Assembly: GCA_964106915.2 (NCBI GenBank)
Contig: OZ066927.1
Direction: 5' to 3' (one strand)
Origin: Podarcis gaigeae
Taxonomy: Eukaryota
Length of the DNA stretch: 64,000 bases
Shown: positions 1 through 12,100 of the stretch, piece by piece
How positions within the stretch are numbered: the stretch's first letter is position 1
How the letters are laid out: every line of letters starts with the position of its first letter
Translations under genes and position numbers: made by a program
The notes under the pieces: generated by a model
The model's input: only the letters and a program-made list of their open reading frames with translations
Told to the model about the DNA's origin: nothing
The model's database searches: none

Positions 1-774
1 GTATGTGCCCTAAAAATAATCATTGTAAACAAACTTTTCAGTGTTGTTTAGCAGCAAGAATGTATCTGAAGACCATAGAGATTCAGGTTTTAGTCCCAGC
101 TCAAATATTAGCATCAGCCTTCCTTGACAAAGCCTTACTATATCCATATTTTATGTTTCAAAATGCAAGTAAAAAGCTTATTCTTCCAGAGAAATCAACC
201 TTCTACAAAACTTCCTTCCCTCTTTTAAACTAACTCTGCCAACTCCAGACATGTTATTAACCAATCCCACTCAAAGTGAGCTTCTTGAGTCTTCCATTTC
301 CTAGCCCACAGTATATTGTCTGCTATCAACAGAACACATAAATAATAGTTTCAATTTATTCCCCATATCATCTTAAATTACACTGAATAAAACCAGCATT
401 GGAGTGGGCCTCAATATAGTCCCTATTATGTCAGTGATAGCTGCACTCAGGCAAGCCCACCACATAGGCAACAAATGTGCATTCCACACTGTATGTTTCT
501 AGCATTTAAATTGATTTACTGAATATATCCTATTTAGTCTTGCAGGTGTCAAATACCATCTCAACAATGACTTATATTGTGCCTTTGTACTTGATAAACT
601 TAGTGAAGAACTATGCACCCAGCTACAAATCTTATTCCCTTGCTTCTCTAAAATAAGCCATCCCAGTTCTCCTTCCCATCTTATTTGATTAATTATATTC
701 CCATCTCATTTGATTTGCTTAATAATTAAAACCATCAATATCTTATAGGTTTTCTGATATCTTCCCAGTAAGAT

Positions 775-1428
775 ATGCCCATCCAACCTGTTTAAAAAAC
801 CTCCAAGGAAGGACATTTGAAAATGGCCGCCATAACCCCTTAGTCTTCTCTTCTCCAGGCTAAACATACCTAACTCCCTCAACTGTTCCTCATAAGGCTT
901 TGTTTCCAGACCCCTGATCATCTTGGTTGCCCTCCTCCATGCACATTCCAGCTTGTAAATATATTTCTTAAACTGTACTGCTCAGAACTGGGCTGGGGTA
1001 TTGTTCGTGGTGGAGGAGGGTTGCCATTATTGATATTAATCTTTCATATTTTTTTTTAGATTTTATGATTTATGTTCAGTTTGGTTGTGTACTTTTTGAC
1101 GGTTTGCTTCTTCATAGCTAGTTTTGTTACATTTGCAATTTTGATCCCCCCCCATGTTGTAAGCAGTCTTGAGCATGGTTATGGCTATGGAAATTTGGAA
1201 TGCAAATAAAATGATGGATGGATGGACACAGTCCTCCAAGGCAGAATACAGTGGCACTATTACTTCGCTTGATCTGGGCACTATACTTCTGTTGATGCAC
1301 CCTAGAACTGTATTAATTTTTTTTGCTGCTGCATCACACTCTTTACCCATGTTAAGGCTAGAGGGCTACTAAGACCCCTAGATCTTTTTCACATGTACTG
1401 CTGTCAAGCCAGGTGTCCACCATCCTCA
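775..1428 (-). mobile_element. CR1 LINE fragment (ORF2 C-terminal region), interrupted by a nested insertion at 992-1225
   Basis: Translations [26 protein letters not shown] and CDAAAKKINTVLGCINRSI...EVIVPLYSAL are typical of CR1 ORF2. Confidence 0.9.
992..1225 (+). mobile_element. Retroposon 3' end (probably L2-related) inserted into the CR1 fragment
   Basis: T-rich body, gtaagcagtcttgag motif, AATAAA plus (ATGG)n tail; splits the CR1 sequence at aactgg|acacag. Confidence 0.6.
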
Positions 1429-1510
1429 AGAGATCTCAAAGCTTTGTTGTACAGTTTTTGAAATGCACAACTAAAAAATGTGCAACAGGAACAATAAGAT
1501 GTCCACATAC

Positions 1511-1759
1511 TTTTTCTCCTGAGGAACTGCTTTTCCCTTTCCCTCGTGTATTCTTCAGCAGCTCTGGATAAAAGAACTCTGGACAGCGCTTGTGATCTGG
1601 CTCAAAAAGGGTGAGGGCAATGCGAACTGCTGCAGCCGCAGGTTCAGATTCCGGCGGGTGCTCTGTTCCTGTGATGTCCTCCCGGCGAGGCTTTTTCAGT
1701 AACGTGGTGCTCAGTGGACCAGACAGAGAGGTGAGCTGGACCCTGTGGGGTTCCGTCAT
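1511..1759 (-). CDS. UBN1: Ubinuclein-1 (HIRA complex subunit), first coding exon, 83 codons; the rest of the gene lies beyond the left edge
   Basis: [12 protein letters not shown]...[27 protein letters not shown] matches the UBN1 N-terminus. GCC-ATG at 1759. Donor AAA|GTATGT after 249 nt (GT at 1510-1509). Candidate upstream acceptors at 1851-1850 or 1912-1911. Confidence 0.95.
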
Positions 1760-2472
1760 GGCTAGACTTACGTTGTAGTTGCTATCATGGCATGGTTTCC
1801 AACAGTCTAGGCCAAAGTCTGGACTAGTATATACATGAGGGCATCACCACTGGAAAACACGCACACACAGATGGATGCCAAATGCAGAAATTAATAGATA
1901 TGCTAGATTCCTGCGTTTTAAGAAAAACAACGCAACAATCTCTGCTTTCATAAGAGGAGAAGAATCATCATCCCATAGCCTCACCACTGCAAGTTAGCAT
2001 GTGGCCCTTGAAGTTTATGCAGCACAACTCTGCTTCAAGCCAAACGTGAAGGAAAGAAAGAAAGAACTTTCTGAACAGAGCAACTTTTATGGAATCAGTT
2101 TCATTGTGACATTGGCCGGAAAGGTCAGTCTGGGCTATGTTACTCCACATCAGAGAATTTCCCACACTGGGAACTGACATAATGCAAAAAACACTGAACA
2201 CATATGCTCCGGCCTTCTGCTGAATACAAATGCCGATCTGCTAGCATTCAGACCCAAACGAATCCAGATCCGTGGCATGTAGATAGTACTCTGAAATTTC
2301 TTTCCAAAGACGTATCTTCATATTTCTACCTAAAAGACAAAATCAGAAAGTTCCAGCCACAAAAAATAGCACAGGTGAACACACAATTTTTGTTCCTCCA
2401 TGGACTATGTTTCAAATGAGGCCTGTCTGGCAGGTCTGGTGCTGTACTGAATAATAACTGTACCCTGTAACT

Positions 2473-2608
2473 CAGGTAGGGATACTCTAGCCCTCCAGAT
2501 GCTGCTGAACTACAAGTGCCATCAGCCCTAGCATGTATGACCAATGGCCAGGGCTGAGAGGAGCTGTAGTTCAGCAACATCTGGAGGTCCAAATGTTCCC
2601 CACTCCTG
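2473..2608. mobile_element. Palindromic hAT MITE, 136 bp, with perfect 8-bp TSD CTGTAACT
   Basis: CAGG...CCTG termini, internal inverted symmetry, TSD at 2465-2472 and 2609-2616. Related copies near 16405, 19636, 31610, 41275, 43200, 44219, 44598, 45822, 55790. Confidence 0.85.
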
Positions 2609-5308
2609 CTGTAACTGGATGAGATCTCTGAACATCCAAGCAAATAATTCTTCCACACAAAACTCAATTACACAGTTGAATGTCATGAAATGTAGTAATT
2701 GCTACTAAACAAATGATTTAAGAAAAGCATTAAACTCATAGAGAACATGCATGCCCAAAAATATTAGCCATAACAGGCAGAAATGGAAGCTCCATGGTCA
2801 GAAAAAGCATGCTTGTCCTTACCAGTTGGCAGAGACCAACCAATAAAAGCTTAGTCACTATTACACCCTCTCTGAGCACTCATCGGGGCACATTTGGGAA
2901 CAGAGTGATAAGCATAAACATTTGTTCTTAACCCAACAAAGCAATTCTTACTTTTTTAGGATTGGCAGTAACCAATAGACATGGTTTGGACTCTGACAGA
3001 TTGTGGATGCAAATGTTTCATGCCAATAGAAGATAATCAGCAAAATTATTACACAAAGTAGATGATCCACTCTCTAGAGAGAAAACTGGCAGACAGAAAG
3101 TCCTCTAAATAGTGATGAGAGAAAAAACCAATTGCGGCAGCTTGGATGAGGAACTGCCCCCAAATAAAATATCTACAACTGGAGATGTTGCTGCTGAACA
3201 ACTGACTGTTCAATGTACAGCAGTAACATAGTTTCCCCATGGCACAGAAAGTGAGATGCACACAAACAACATGCTTTGGAGAATACATTTGTGTGAGTTA
3301 TGTCCTTGGGGGCACCTGCTACAAAAGTCTCTTACACATTCAAATGACTCCCCCACCCGTTGCTTTGTGAGTAAACCCCAAGGAAAAATCTGTACCCACT
3401 GCCTTATGGGAAATCCTTGGGAGAAGAAAAGGCTATGGAGTAAACCCTACACAAATCCGGAGTGGAGTCCTTAAGACAGTTGTCTTGTATGCCTCTTTCC
3501 AGCAACTCCTGCAGCTCAAGCTGGTGCCAAATGTATTGCTATGTTTCCCTTTGGACCACATCAGCAAGGCCAAGAGTGGGTTCTTGTTGTCTGGGTAACC
3601 CAAAACCTCCATACACACTGCCCAGGTTGGCACCCCGGAGAGATTACTTCAGTGCTGCTAACACAGCAAAAGCAATGCAGGAGGCAACGGTTACGAGTTA
3701 CAAGTCTCTGCAGCCACAGGAAGCACTGTGACTCTCTAGTGGTTTGACTTCACCCCTGGAAACACATTCCATTGCCTCTCGAGACAGATAGATGCTAACA
3801 ACTACACTCTGTTCTGCTCTGTCTTGACAGCATTAGGTTGAGTGTTAGAACAAAACCCATCCACTTTCCTGTCAGTGCAATGGCACAATAACAGGATTAG
3901 GTCTGCGAGATCCAAGTAGCCCAGGCATTCACATATAGCATTCCTTTATTTATAGAACTTATTTCAGTTTCCAGAGAGTTAAAGGAATGCATGCTTCTGG
4001 TCCCCATGGCAACAACAGGACAATTTTTCTTTATTGTTTCCTGGCATTTAGTCACTCCTCACCCGCCTCCTTTATCTAAGTGAGGTTCACTGTAGCAAAG
4101 CTAAGCTCAAAAATAAGGTAGAAAAGTTGGCATGATGTGCTGCTTAGCAAAGCTGGGAAGTCCAAAGTTTAAATCATATAAACTTAGAAGGCGGCCTTTG
4201 AACAACCCACCCTTCAAACCTCACCACAACCACCTCATAATTTGGAATACAGAGATAAAACCACTAGCTCACGTTTTATGACTAAAAGGATGAATGAAAT
4301 AACATGTGTGGCATGCTCTGGACACTAAGGAAATGTAACTAATGCAAGTGCAAAGTATTTAGAACACAGAAATAGGTTAATTGCCTTGCAGGGTCTGAAC
4401 AAAGTCCACCTGCTTCAACATTCTCTCTCACACACTGATAGGTCAGATAGATGCCTGGCTGTTTCCTCTGGACTTGCCCCTAGTATTCAGAGGTACACTG
4501 TCTCAGTATAGGGAAGCCCCATTGTGCTGTTGTCCAAAAGACACCAGCAAGGGTACAAGATATATCTTGACATATCTACTTAACCCCCAAAGTGGGGAAA
4601 TCTGAGTTCCAACTCCCATCAGCCGTAGCAACATGGCTAATAAACCTCAGGGATGATGAGAGTTCAGAGCCCAAGAAAATCTGGAGGCGTTCAAGTTCCC
4701 TCCACTGCTGGTCTGATCCAACGCTCCCAATTTCCAAAAACAGTCAAGAAAGCTTCTCCAGGAAGCCCACAAAAGCAGAACCCTGGTCCTTTTCCCACCC
4801 ACACGCCTGCACCGTTATTTACCCACAGCATCTAGCGCTGACGTAGACTGCTCCAGCACATGGAGGTTTTGTTTACAGACATCCCAGGTAGTAGCTACTG
4901 ACGTAACTCACTAGGGGTTTTCCGGTGTGGCGTGTAAGAGGCTATGAAAAGATTCCCCCTCCTCCTCGTTCAGGCTTCGCGGTACCTAATTCCCCTCCCC
5001 CGCACCGATCCATGCACCCAAAATAAATGCAGAAGCACAAATGGCAATTTCCAACACTCTGCAAGGGCTGCCCACCCACGCGCACATTTCCCCTGCATTA
5101 TGTATTAGGGGGAAAGAGAGGAGAAGGCCGAAGCTCATCTCCAAGTCCGGGTTAAGCGGGCGGGCGGGGGGCGGGTTCAAAGAAAAGGTGTCGGTTATTC
5201 CCAGCCGGCGAGGTGGCGAAAGGAAGGCCCCGTTGCCCCTGGTAACGAGGGAGGCGCTTTGGAGCGCCTGGGGAGGTTTGTCCCTTCTCCCGCCCTCTAC
5301 CCGCTTAC

Positions 5309-5460
5309 CGGCGCGCCTCCATTTCTTCGACTCCAAAGTCGCCTCACGGCACCTCTCCGCTTTCCCTCCGGCTACCTCAAACCGTTGCCCAGGCCTCAGC
5401 AGCTAACCCTTCTCGCAAGCGCCGCTGCTGCAACTGCCGCCGCCGCCGGATCCAATTCCT
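5309..5460 (-). other. UBN1: Putative non-coding exon 1 of UBN1 (5' boundary approximate)
   Basis: Strong minus-strand donor CCG|GTAAGC (GT at 5308-5307) inside the CpG island, pointing toward the UBN1 coding exon. Confidence 0.55.
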
Positions 5461-6050
5461 CGCTCCCTCAAGTCACGTGCAAGGGGAGAGGGCGGAGAGA
5501 ACGAAAAACAACAAGCCAGGGTTGGAGGGAAACCCCCGAGGCCCGCGTCACGTGACGCCAACGGAACGCGCTCGCGCTCTTCGCTTTTTGACAAGCAGAG
5601 CGGGAGGAGGGGGGCGGGGGGAGGTCACGCGCGGAGGTCTCCCTCGTCACATGCAAAGGGCCGGCCTATCAGAGAGCGCGCTGATCTTACAGGGCATAGC
5701 TTTCCATCCATTTCTCCTCTTCCCCTCCCGTCGGTCTTTGTATTGCTGCTGTTGTTGAGGGAAGCGGGGGGGGGGGGGCGGCGGCTACGGAGTGCGTGCT
5801 GCGCGCGCGCCAGCCAGTGTCCCGGTAGGCTCTGCGGCAGAGTGGGGGGGAGAGAGAGAGCGAGAGAGAGAGAAGGAAGGAAGAGGAATAGCAGTAGGGA
5901 TCGTCGTCGCTGCCAATTCTGGCTGCTGAGGGGCGGAAGGAGGGGGAGCCTGAGGAGGGGTGTGGCGGCGTCGGCTGTAGAGGAGGAGGAGGAGAAGGTG
6001 GTAGCGGCGGCAGCAGCAGCAACAGCGACGGTGCCGGCCGGGTCAGGAAA

Positions 6051-6106
6051 ATGGCTGCGGCTGCGGCTGCTGTTCCTGTGAACCTGCGGCTCGGAGACCT
6101 GGTGTG
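6051..6106 (+). CDS. GLYR1: GLYR1 exon 1 ([19 protein letters not shown])
   Basis: AAA-ATG-G Kozak context; TG|GTGAGT donor. Confidence 0.93.
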
Positions 6107-9100
6107 GTGAGTTGCGGGGTGGCACCGGGGGGGTTGGGGGGCGCCTCCCTTCTGGAAAGGGGTGAAACGGGGAAAGCTGAATCTTCTGGCCTGGGCCTCG
6201 TAAGCCCGCAGGCGGCCATCGCCGCCGTTTGTGGGCAGAGCCCTGCGAAGGAGGAACACCCCCCCTCCTCAGTCACAAACACGGACTCGCCTTGTGGGAG
6301 GAGGCACGGGCAAGTCAGCCCCGCGAGGACTTGGGGCGGGATGTGGGGCTAGACTTACCTCCCGACCACCTTCCTAGAGGGGAAATTCGCCACCTTTAAG
6401 AGTGGGGGGGGTGGAAGTCGCTTCGTAGGGGGGCTGCTGGAGGTGGCGGCGGGCGACTCGACTCGAAGGGCGGCGCGGCCTGGGGCATGTTGCGCGTGAG
6501 AGGAGTTCACTTTTAAGAGACAGAAAAAGGTAAGCTTTGGTGTGAGCGGAGAAGAAAGACGAAAACGAGTAACATTATCCGGGTGGTCGGGAGATGGGGA
6601 GGAGTTAAATCTGAAACACCACCCCATGGCTTCCAGTAAATGTAGCCATATTGGGGGCCACTACAGTTTCCTAAACACGCAACTTCCATAGTTAAGAGGC
6701 TTGGGCCTCCTCTGCTTTTCTGCATTTTTAGTACTGAAAGAAACTGAGGTAAAGAGGCAAACTTGGTTGTGGGGAGGGGGGGAGTGCATGCTAATATTCT
6801 CAGTAAGCTGGCAAACTTGTGCGGAAGGGATATACCGCATCAGTTGGGTTGGTCTTTTGGTAAGAGAAATGGAGCCAAGGGTAAATTCCTGCCAGCACTC
6901 AGTGTGAGCCAGGAAGTCTTAGGATCAAACTTATTGAAGCCTTAAGCAAGCTGCTTTTCCCCTTAATTTTAGTTTTTAGACAGCATTGTGGAGAAAATGG
7001 CACTGACATATTCCAGAATGGAGCAAAGATTGTAATTAGAATTGTACGATAATGAATTAATTAAAAGTACTTTGACAATTCAAATCACGGTTACTGCTCT
7101 AGGTGGCTCGATGAGTGATCCTTTTAATTGGACCGACTAAATTCAGTGAGAGTTGTTCTGGAAGCTATTGTTTACTGTTGAAATCTGACTTGTTGAAATC
7201 ATTGTAAATTGCAGTGAGCACTTAAAGCAGAGTTGTCACACACAAAGTTATTAATAGTGATAGTTATTTTAAATAACACTCTTAATGTACAAATGTCTTA
7301 CTGTTTTATTTTACTTTTACAGCAACCCTGTGATTCAGGTTGCTGCTGTTCTTCTTTGCAGGATCTGAAGTGGAGAGGTAGTGTCTTGGCCAAAGCCACC
7401 GACTTAGTCCATAGCTGAGCTGGGATTTAAACTCAGGTTTTATAGTGTAATCCTATTGATGTTTACTCTGAAGTAAGTTCCACTTAGTTTAGGGGAGCAT
7501 ACTTCCACGTAAGTGTGCACTGGGTAGTGTACTCACAAGCTTTTGTTCTCATTTTTATTCTCATTTCGTCTTGTGGGATAGATCACCAATGCAGCCACTT
7601 TACAAATGGGAAGCATAAAAAGTGTAATGGCTTCTCTACCAAAAGGATACTTTCCTTTTTTACAGTAGTCAGTCCAATCGAGATACTTGAAAAACCAAGG
7701 AACCTGCCCCCAGTACAACAGCTAACCAGATTTAAATCATAATGAAGTGTAGTAGTTACTCTGCAAAAAATACTTTCTAAATTTGGATCCTTTCTAGAAT
7801 GTTATAACAGAATGTGTGGCTATTGTTAACACATAGTTTAGAAGTAGGCAAATAAGTTGAGCTACATTGGAATTTGTTCAATGAGTAATACAAAACCTTT
7901 TCTCCCTGCTCCTTTGTGACTTCCCACAAGCATATTATGCACTAAGAGCCACAAGGGAGCTGTTCCATAAAATTATTTGAGACATCTTGACTGTCTCTTC
8001 ATTATATGCCCAAAAATATTTTTTTCAAAAACCAGAACTTCAAATTATGTTCTTAATTAACAAGCACAAATGATTGTTGAAAATCCCACAGAATGCAGTG
8101 AGGATACTCTGGAAATAACATTGCTAGTCTGCAAAAATGTTTGATAGCCTTCTGGGGACTGGCAAAAAGATGGAGGGTCGCACTCTTGCAGCAAACTGTT
8201 GTTTATGTGCTGGGGGTGGGCACTTTCTTCATCTGATTGTTTCTCTGCCAGCCCATTCATTCACTAGCATAGAATTTTATACACTCAGTTTTATGCATTA
8301 GTCCCTTTATGGTTTCTAGGCCGGTGCTTAAATGCAGGGTTGGTGTCATTGCTTGGCTGTGTTAGGGTTGAGGTACCAAATGGGGCAATCATCTGGAATT
8401 GCCAGTGTAATGGCCACCTTTTGTAAGAGAAGGAGCTAGTAATTATATGTGACTATGCTGGAGTTGGTGCACAAATACAGAACTGGAAGCAAGACTTGAT
8501 TCTATGAAATTTTTATCTGGGCATGTGAAGCCTGGGTTTTTTCCAGGGTAGTAGCTCAAGGCCATTGAATGCCAAGCAAGTAGAGAGTCTGCTTCTGGTA
8601 GTTAAAGCCCTATTTTCATTGAGCAGTGGTGTCTGAGCAATATGACTTATTTCAAGAGCCACTGAGCAATTTATGTTTGTGTCCTCAAGATGGGTCATAT
8701 ACCACTAGAACTACAGTACACAGATTTTGCTCCCAAGAGAACATGGTGAATGGTAAAATTTTTGGAGCAGCTATTGAGAATCTGGAAAAACTGGCATTTA
8801 TTCATCATTACATATAAGTATGGCTTATTGGCAGATACCTCTGCCATGCGAATAAATCATATTCCTATTGTTTTTTGCTCTAATAATGACTTTATTAAGC
8901 ATTTTCTTATTTAGTGTTTCTGCTAATTCTTCTAAATGGTGGTCTTAAACAGATTTGTTTTAACTTTGAAACAAGTAGTTATATACTCAACTTGCAAGTT
9001 TGTATTAGCTTATATACCAAAGAAAACTAATTATACAATCCTGGCAATAACCATCTCAGATTTCTCATTAGACTTGCTAACAGAGAAGCTAGAATGTGAT

Positions 9101-12100
9101 TTATTCAGATGATGCATTTCCAGTCTGTGTTGGCTCTTGTACTCAACTTGTAAAGTCGTTAAATATGAGTTCAAGTTGGAATTTGCATGTAGCTTTGTGG
9201 ATAGACTTTGATGATTATTTAGTCATGTGCTAATATAGTATGTTAGATGATCACCAAATATTGAGAGATGTGCTATAAAGAGGGATGGCAGCAGAGTGAG
9301 TGAGTGAATGGCAGCCTAACTTAATCTCATAATAATAATAACAACAACAACAATCAACTTGGTTGTTGCTTGTTCTATATGCCAGTGTTGATTCTTGGTC
9401 TTTTGCTTCCAGGTTTGTGTCTAGTACAGCAGCTTTCGGCCCTTCCTTAATTGCTTTGCTTTCTTATTGGCAGGAATGTTGTTTCCTAGCTCTGTAAATA
9501 GGACCAAGATTAACATGGGGACTTGTGTAATGGCTGTTAATATCACTAAAGTAGGGGGAATGGTTCCCTACATGTGACCCATGACAAACTGTCAAAAACT
9601 GGTGCTTGCTTGAACTTTTGGATCTACAAAGTGTAGTGCTCACTTTGTAGAACAACTTTGTTCTTCTCTAATTTCTATGAGCCAGCATGGCTAGTAGCCA
9701 TAGATTATAGAAGTTGTAGTCAAGTAACCCCTAGAGGGCCACACAGTACCTCCACTCTTGGTTTATGGACAGCAAAGCCAGTAAAAGGAGTGGTATTAGG
9801 AGTATCAGTGAAGTAAGCATCGGCAGGGATGATAGGCATTGTAGTCCAACAGCTTCTGGAGGGCAACAGATTGGAAAAGCCTGTCCTAAGGGAAAGGGGA
9901 ATTTGCGGTCTGTCTTCCACACCAGGAGAAAGGTAATTCCTTTATTTCCCTTTGTGCTTTCTGATACAACTTCTACCTACACTAGCAGGAGAAGATGAAT
10001 TTTCAGTGGCGTGAAGTCAGGGTTCCACAAATGGACTTGCCAAATTGCTGTTGGCGACTGTGAATCTAATTAAAGCACACCCACAAACTCAAATCTCAGC
10101 AGATGATATCTCTTCCCCTGAATTTTTTTTGTACAAACGTAAATAATAAAACATGACATGACTAACAAAAAATGAATCACTAGGGAAGTAAAATACTAAA
10201 CATTATTTTATAGTACATAATCAGGTGATTTCAATAAACCAGTAAAATGAATTCTTCAATAAATCAAATTAGAAAACACAGAGTAATACGGGAAAGATAA
10301 TGAATAGTACCTGGTTATCTATGCTATATTGCAATGTATGTCTTATTTTAATTGTATATTTAATAAAATCACACCATACCTTGTAAAACTACTTGTTTCT
10401 CTGTCCCCTTGCCACCTACAATTTTTGCGACAGCTTTTCCATTGTTTCCCAGACTATACTATACCAGTGATCAATATTCATTAAATTCAAGGTTTTCCAA
10501 GTTCTGGCTATTACCGTTCTAGTTGCTTTTAATAAATGTGTTATTAATTCCTTCCTAATTTGTCCATATCTGGAATATGTAAATTAAGTAAGGCTAATGC
10601 TGGTGTTACTGGAATTGTCTGAGCTATAATCTGAGATAACCCTTTTAAAACTTTCTTCCAAAATTCTACTTTTTGTGGACATTCCCACCACATATGTTGG
10701 AATGTACCTATAATTTGGCATCCTCTGCAACACAACAGAGAGCTATTCAGCTGTGTATAAGATAGGCACCTCAGTGTTAAATAACACCCATTCAGTTTTT
10801 AGTGAATATTCCCTAGGATTTACTGACATATTTATATGGTGCTTTGGTCCATAAAAAAAAATTCTATTTATCTTCTTCAATGTTTATATCCCAATTTAAT
10901 TCCCACCAGCTTCTTATATTTTGTTGGGGCAAAATTGCTTCTCAATAAGTTTTTTATAAAAGGGAAAGTAATCCCTTAGTCCTCTTCCCCTGCATCATGG
11001 TGGCAGGGGGGCTTGTTTTGTGCCAAGCAGGAAATACAGACCTGCCCTTCCCTCAAATCTCCCAGCACTTGTACAGAGGATTTGAGGGAAGGGATCAGCT
11101 GTTCACTTTGGGTTGGTGTTTTCATACACTTGGAAGCATCAGAACTCTTTGTATTACAGTTTGAAGGTACTGAAAAGCAGTGAGAAACTGACACATTTTC
11201 TCTCCAGAGCTGCTTTTTTGTTGGGTGTCATGGAAAAAAAGGTCATTGGTCATCTGCAAGTAACAGCTGGCTAAGACCACCAGCTAAAACTTGTAGATTC
11301 CTGTATGAGACCTGCCTATAAAAAAGACTCCATATTTTTATGCACCTATATACACCTTTTATATCTAACCCCAAATCTGCCTTTTTTCCTGAGTTGTTTT
11401 TTTTTTTTTTAATTAAGCTTGAATGTTGCTGACTGCCAGTTGCCTATTTTGTTGCATGTTTTGTTGTTACCTATTTAATCATGTATTCCTGGGTGTCATC
11501 GGGGTTGGACCAGTTTTTAATAATGAATGAAACCATAGCAAGATTTGGATTACAAGACTTCCATCTACATATTGTATAATATTGAATTGTCTAGGAAGTG
11601 TAAGTATCTGTGTCAGTTTCACTTCTCAGCAGTGATGTAGGGCTGAAATATTTTCATTTCTAAAAATTCATTGCTTTGTAAAATTCATTAGTTGATGCCA
11701 GTGTAACAGACAAACATGCTTTCTGCATGGCAGTTTCAAAGTTGTAATTACCGTATTTTTCGCCCTATAGGACGCACTTTTTCCCCTCCAAAAATGAAGG
11801 GGAAATGTGTGTGCGTCCTATGGGGCGAATGCAGGCTTTCGCTGAAGCCTGGAGAGCAAGAGGCGTCGGTGCGCACCGACACCTCTCGCTCTCCAGGCTC
11901 CAGGAAGCTATCCGCAAGCTCCCCCCTTGCAGCGCGGAGCATGGGGCGCCCTCCGGAGGACGCCCCGTGCTTCGCGCAGGTGTCGGCAAGCCTTGCGCAC
12001 CGGGGGGAACTCCCCCCGGGCGCGCAAGGCTTGTGGGCGGCAGCCTGCAGCACAGGGCGCCCTTTGGAGGACCCCCCGGGCTTCGTGCAGGTGTCGGCAA

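Larger units (their letters stand above)
4920..6500. promoter_or_regulatory. CpG island, bidirectional UBN1/GLYR1 promoter
   Basis: Very high GC and CpG content between head-to-head genes. Palindrome GCGTCACGTGACGC 5545-5558, E-box GTCACGTG 5472-5479, GC box near 5610, X-box GTTGCCCCTGGTAAC 5232-5246, YY1-like AAAATGGC overlapping the GLYR1 ATG. Confidence 0.9.

Noticed and set aside
1436-1510. C-terminal part of the 107-aa UBN1 ORF (VCGHLIVP...)
   Set aside because: Read-through into the intron past the GT donor; UBN1 similarity ends at GEK
4986-6352. Long Ala/Pro/Arg-rich ORFs in the CpG island
   Set aside because: Compositional artefacts; the true GLYR1 start at 6051 is in a different frame and spliced
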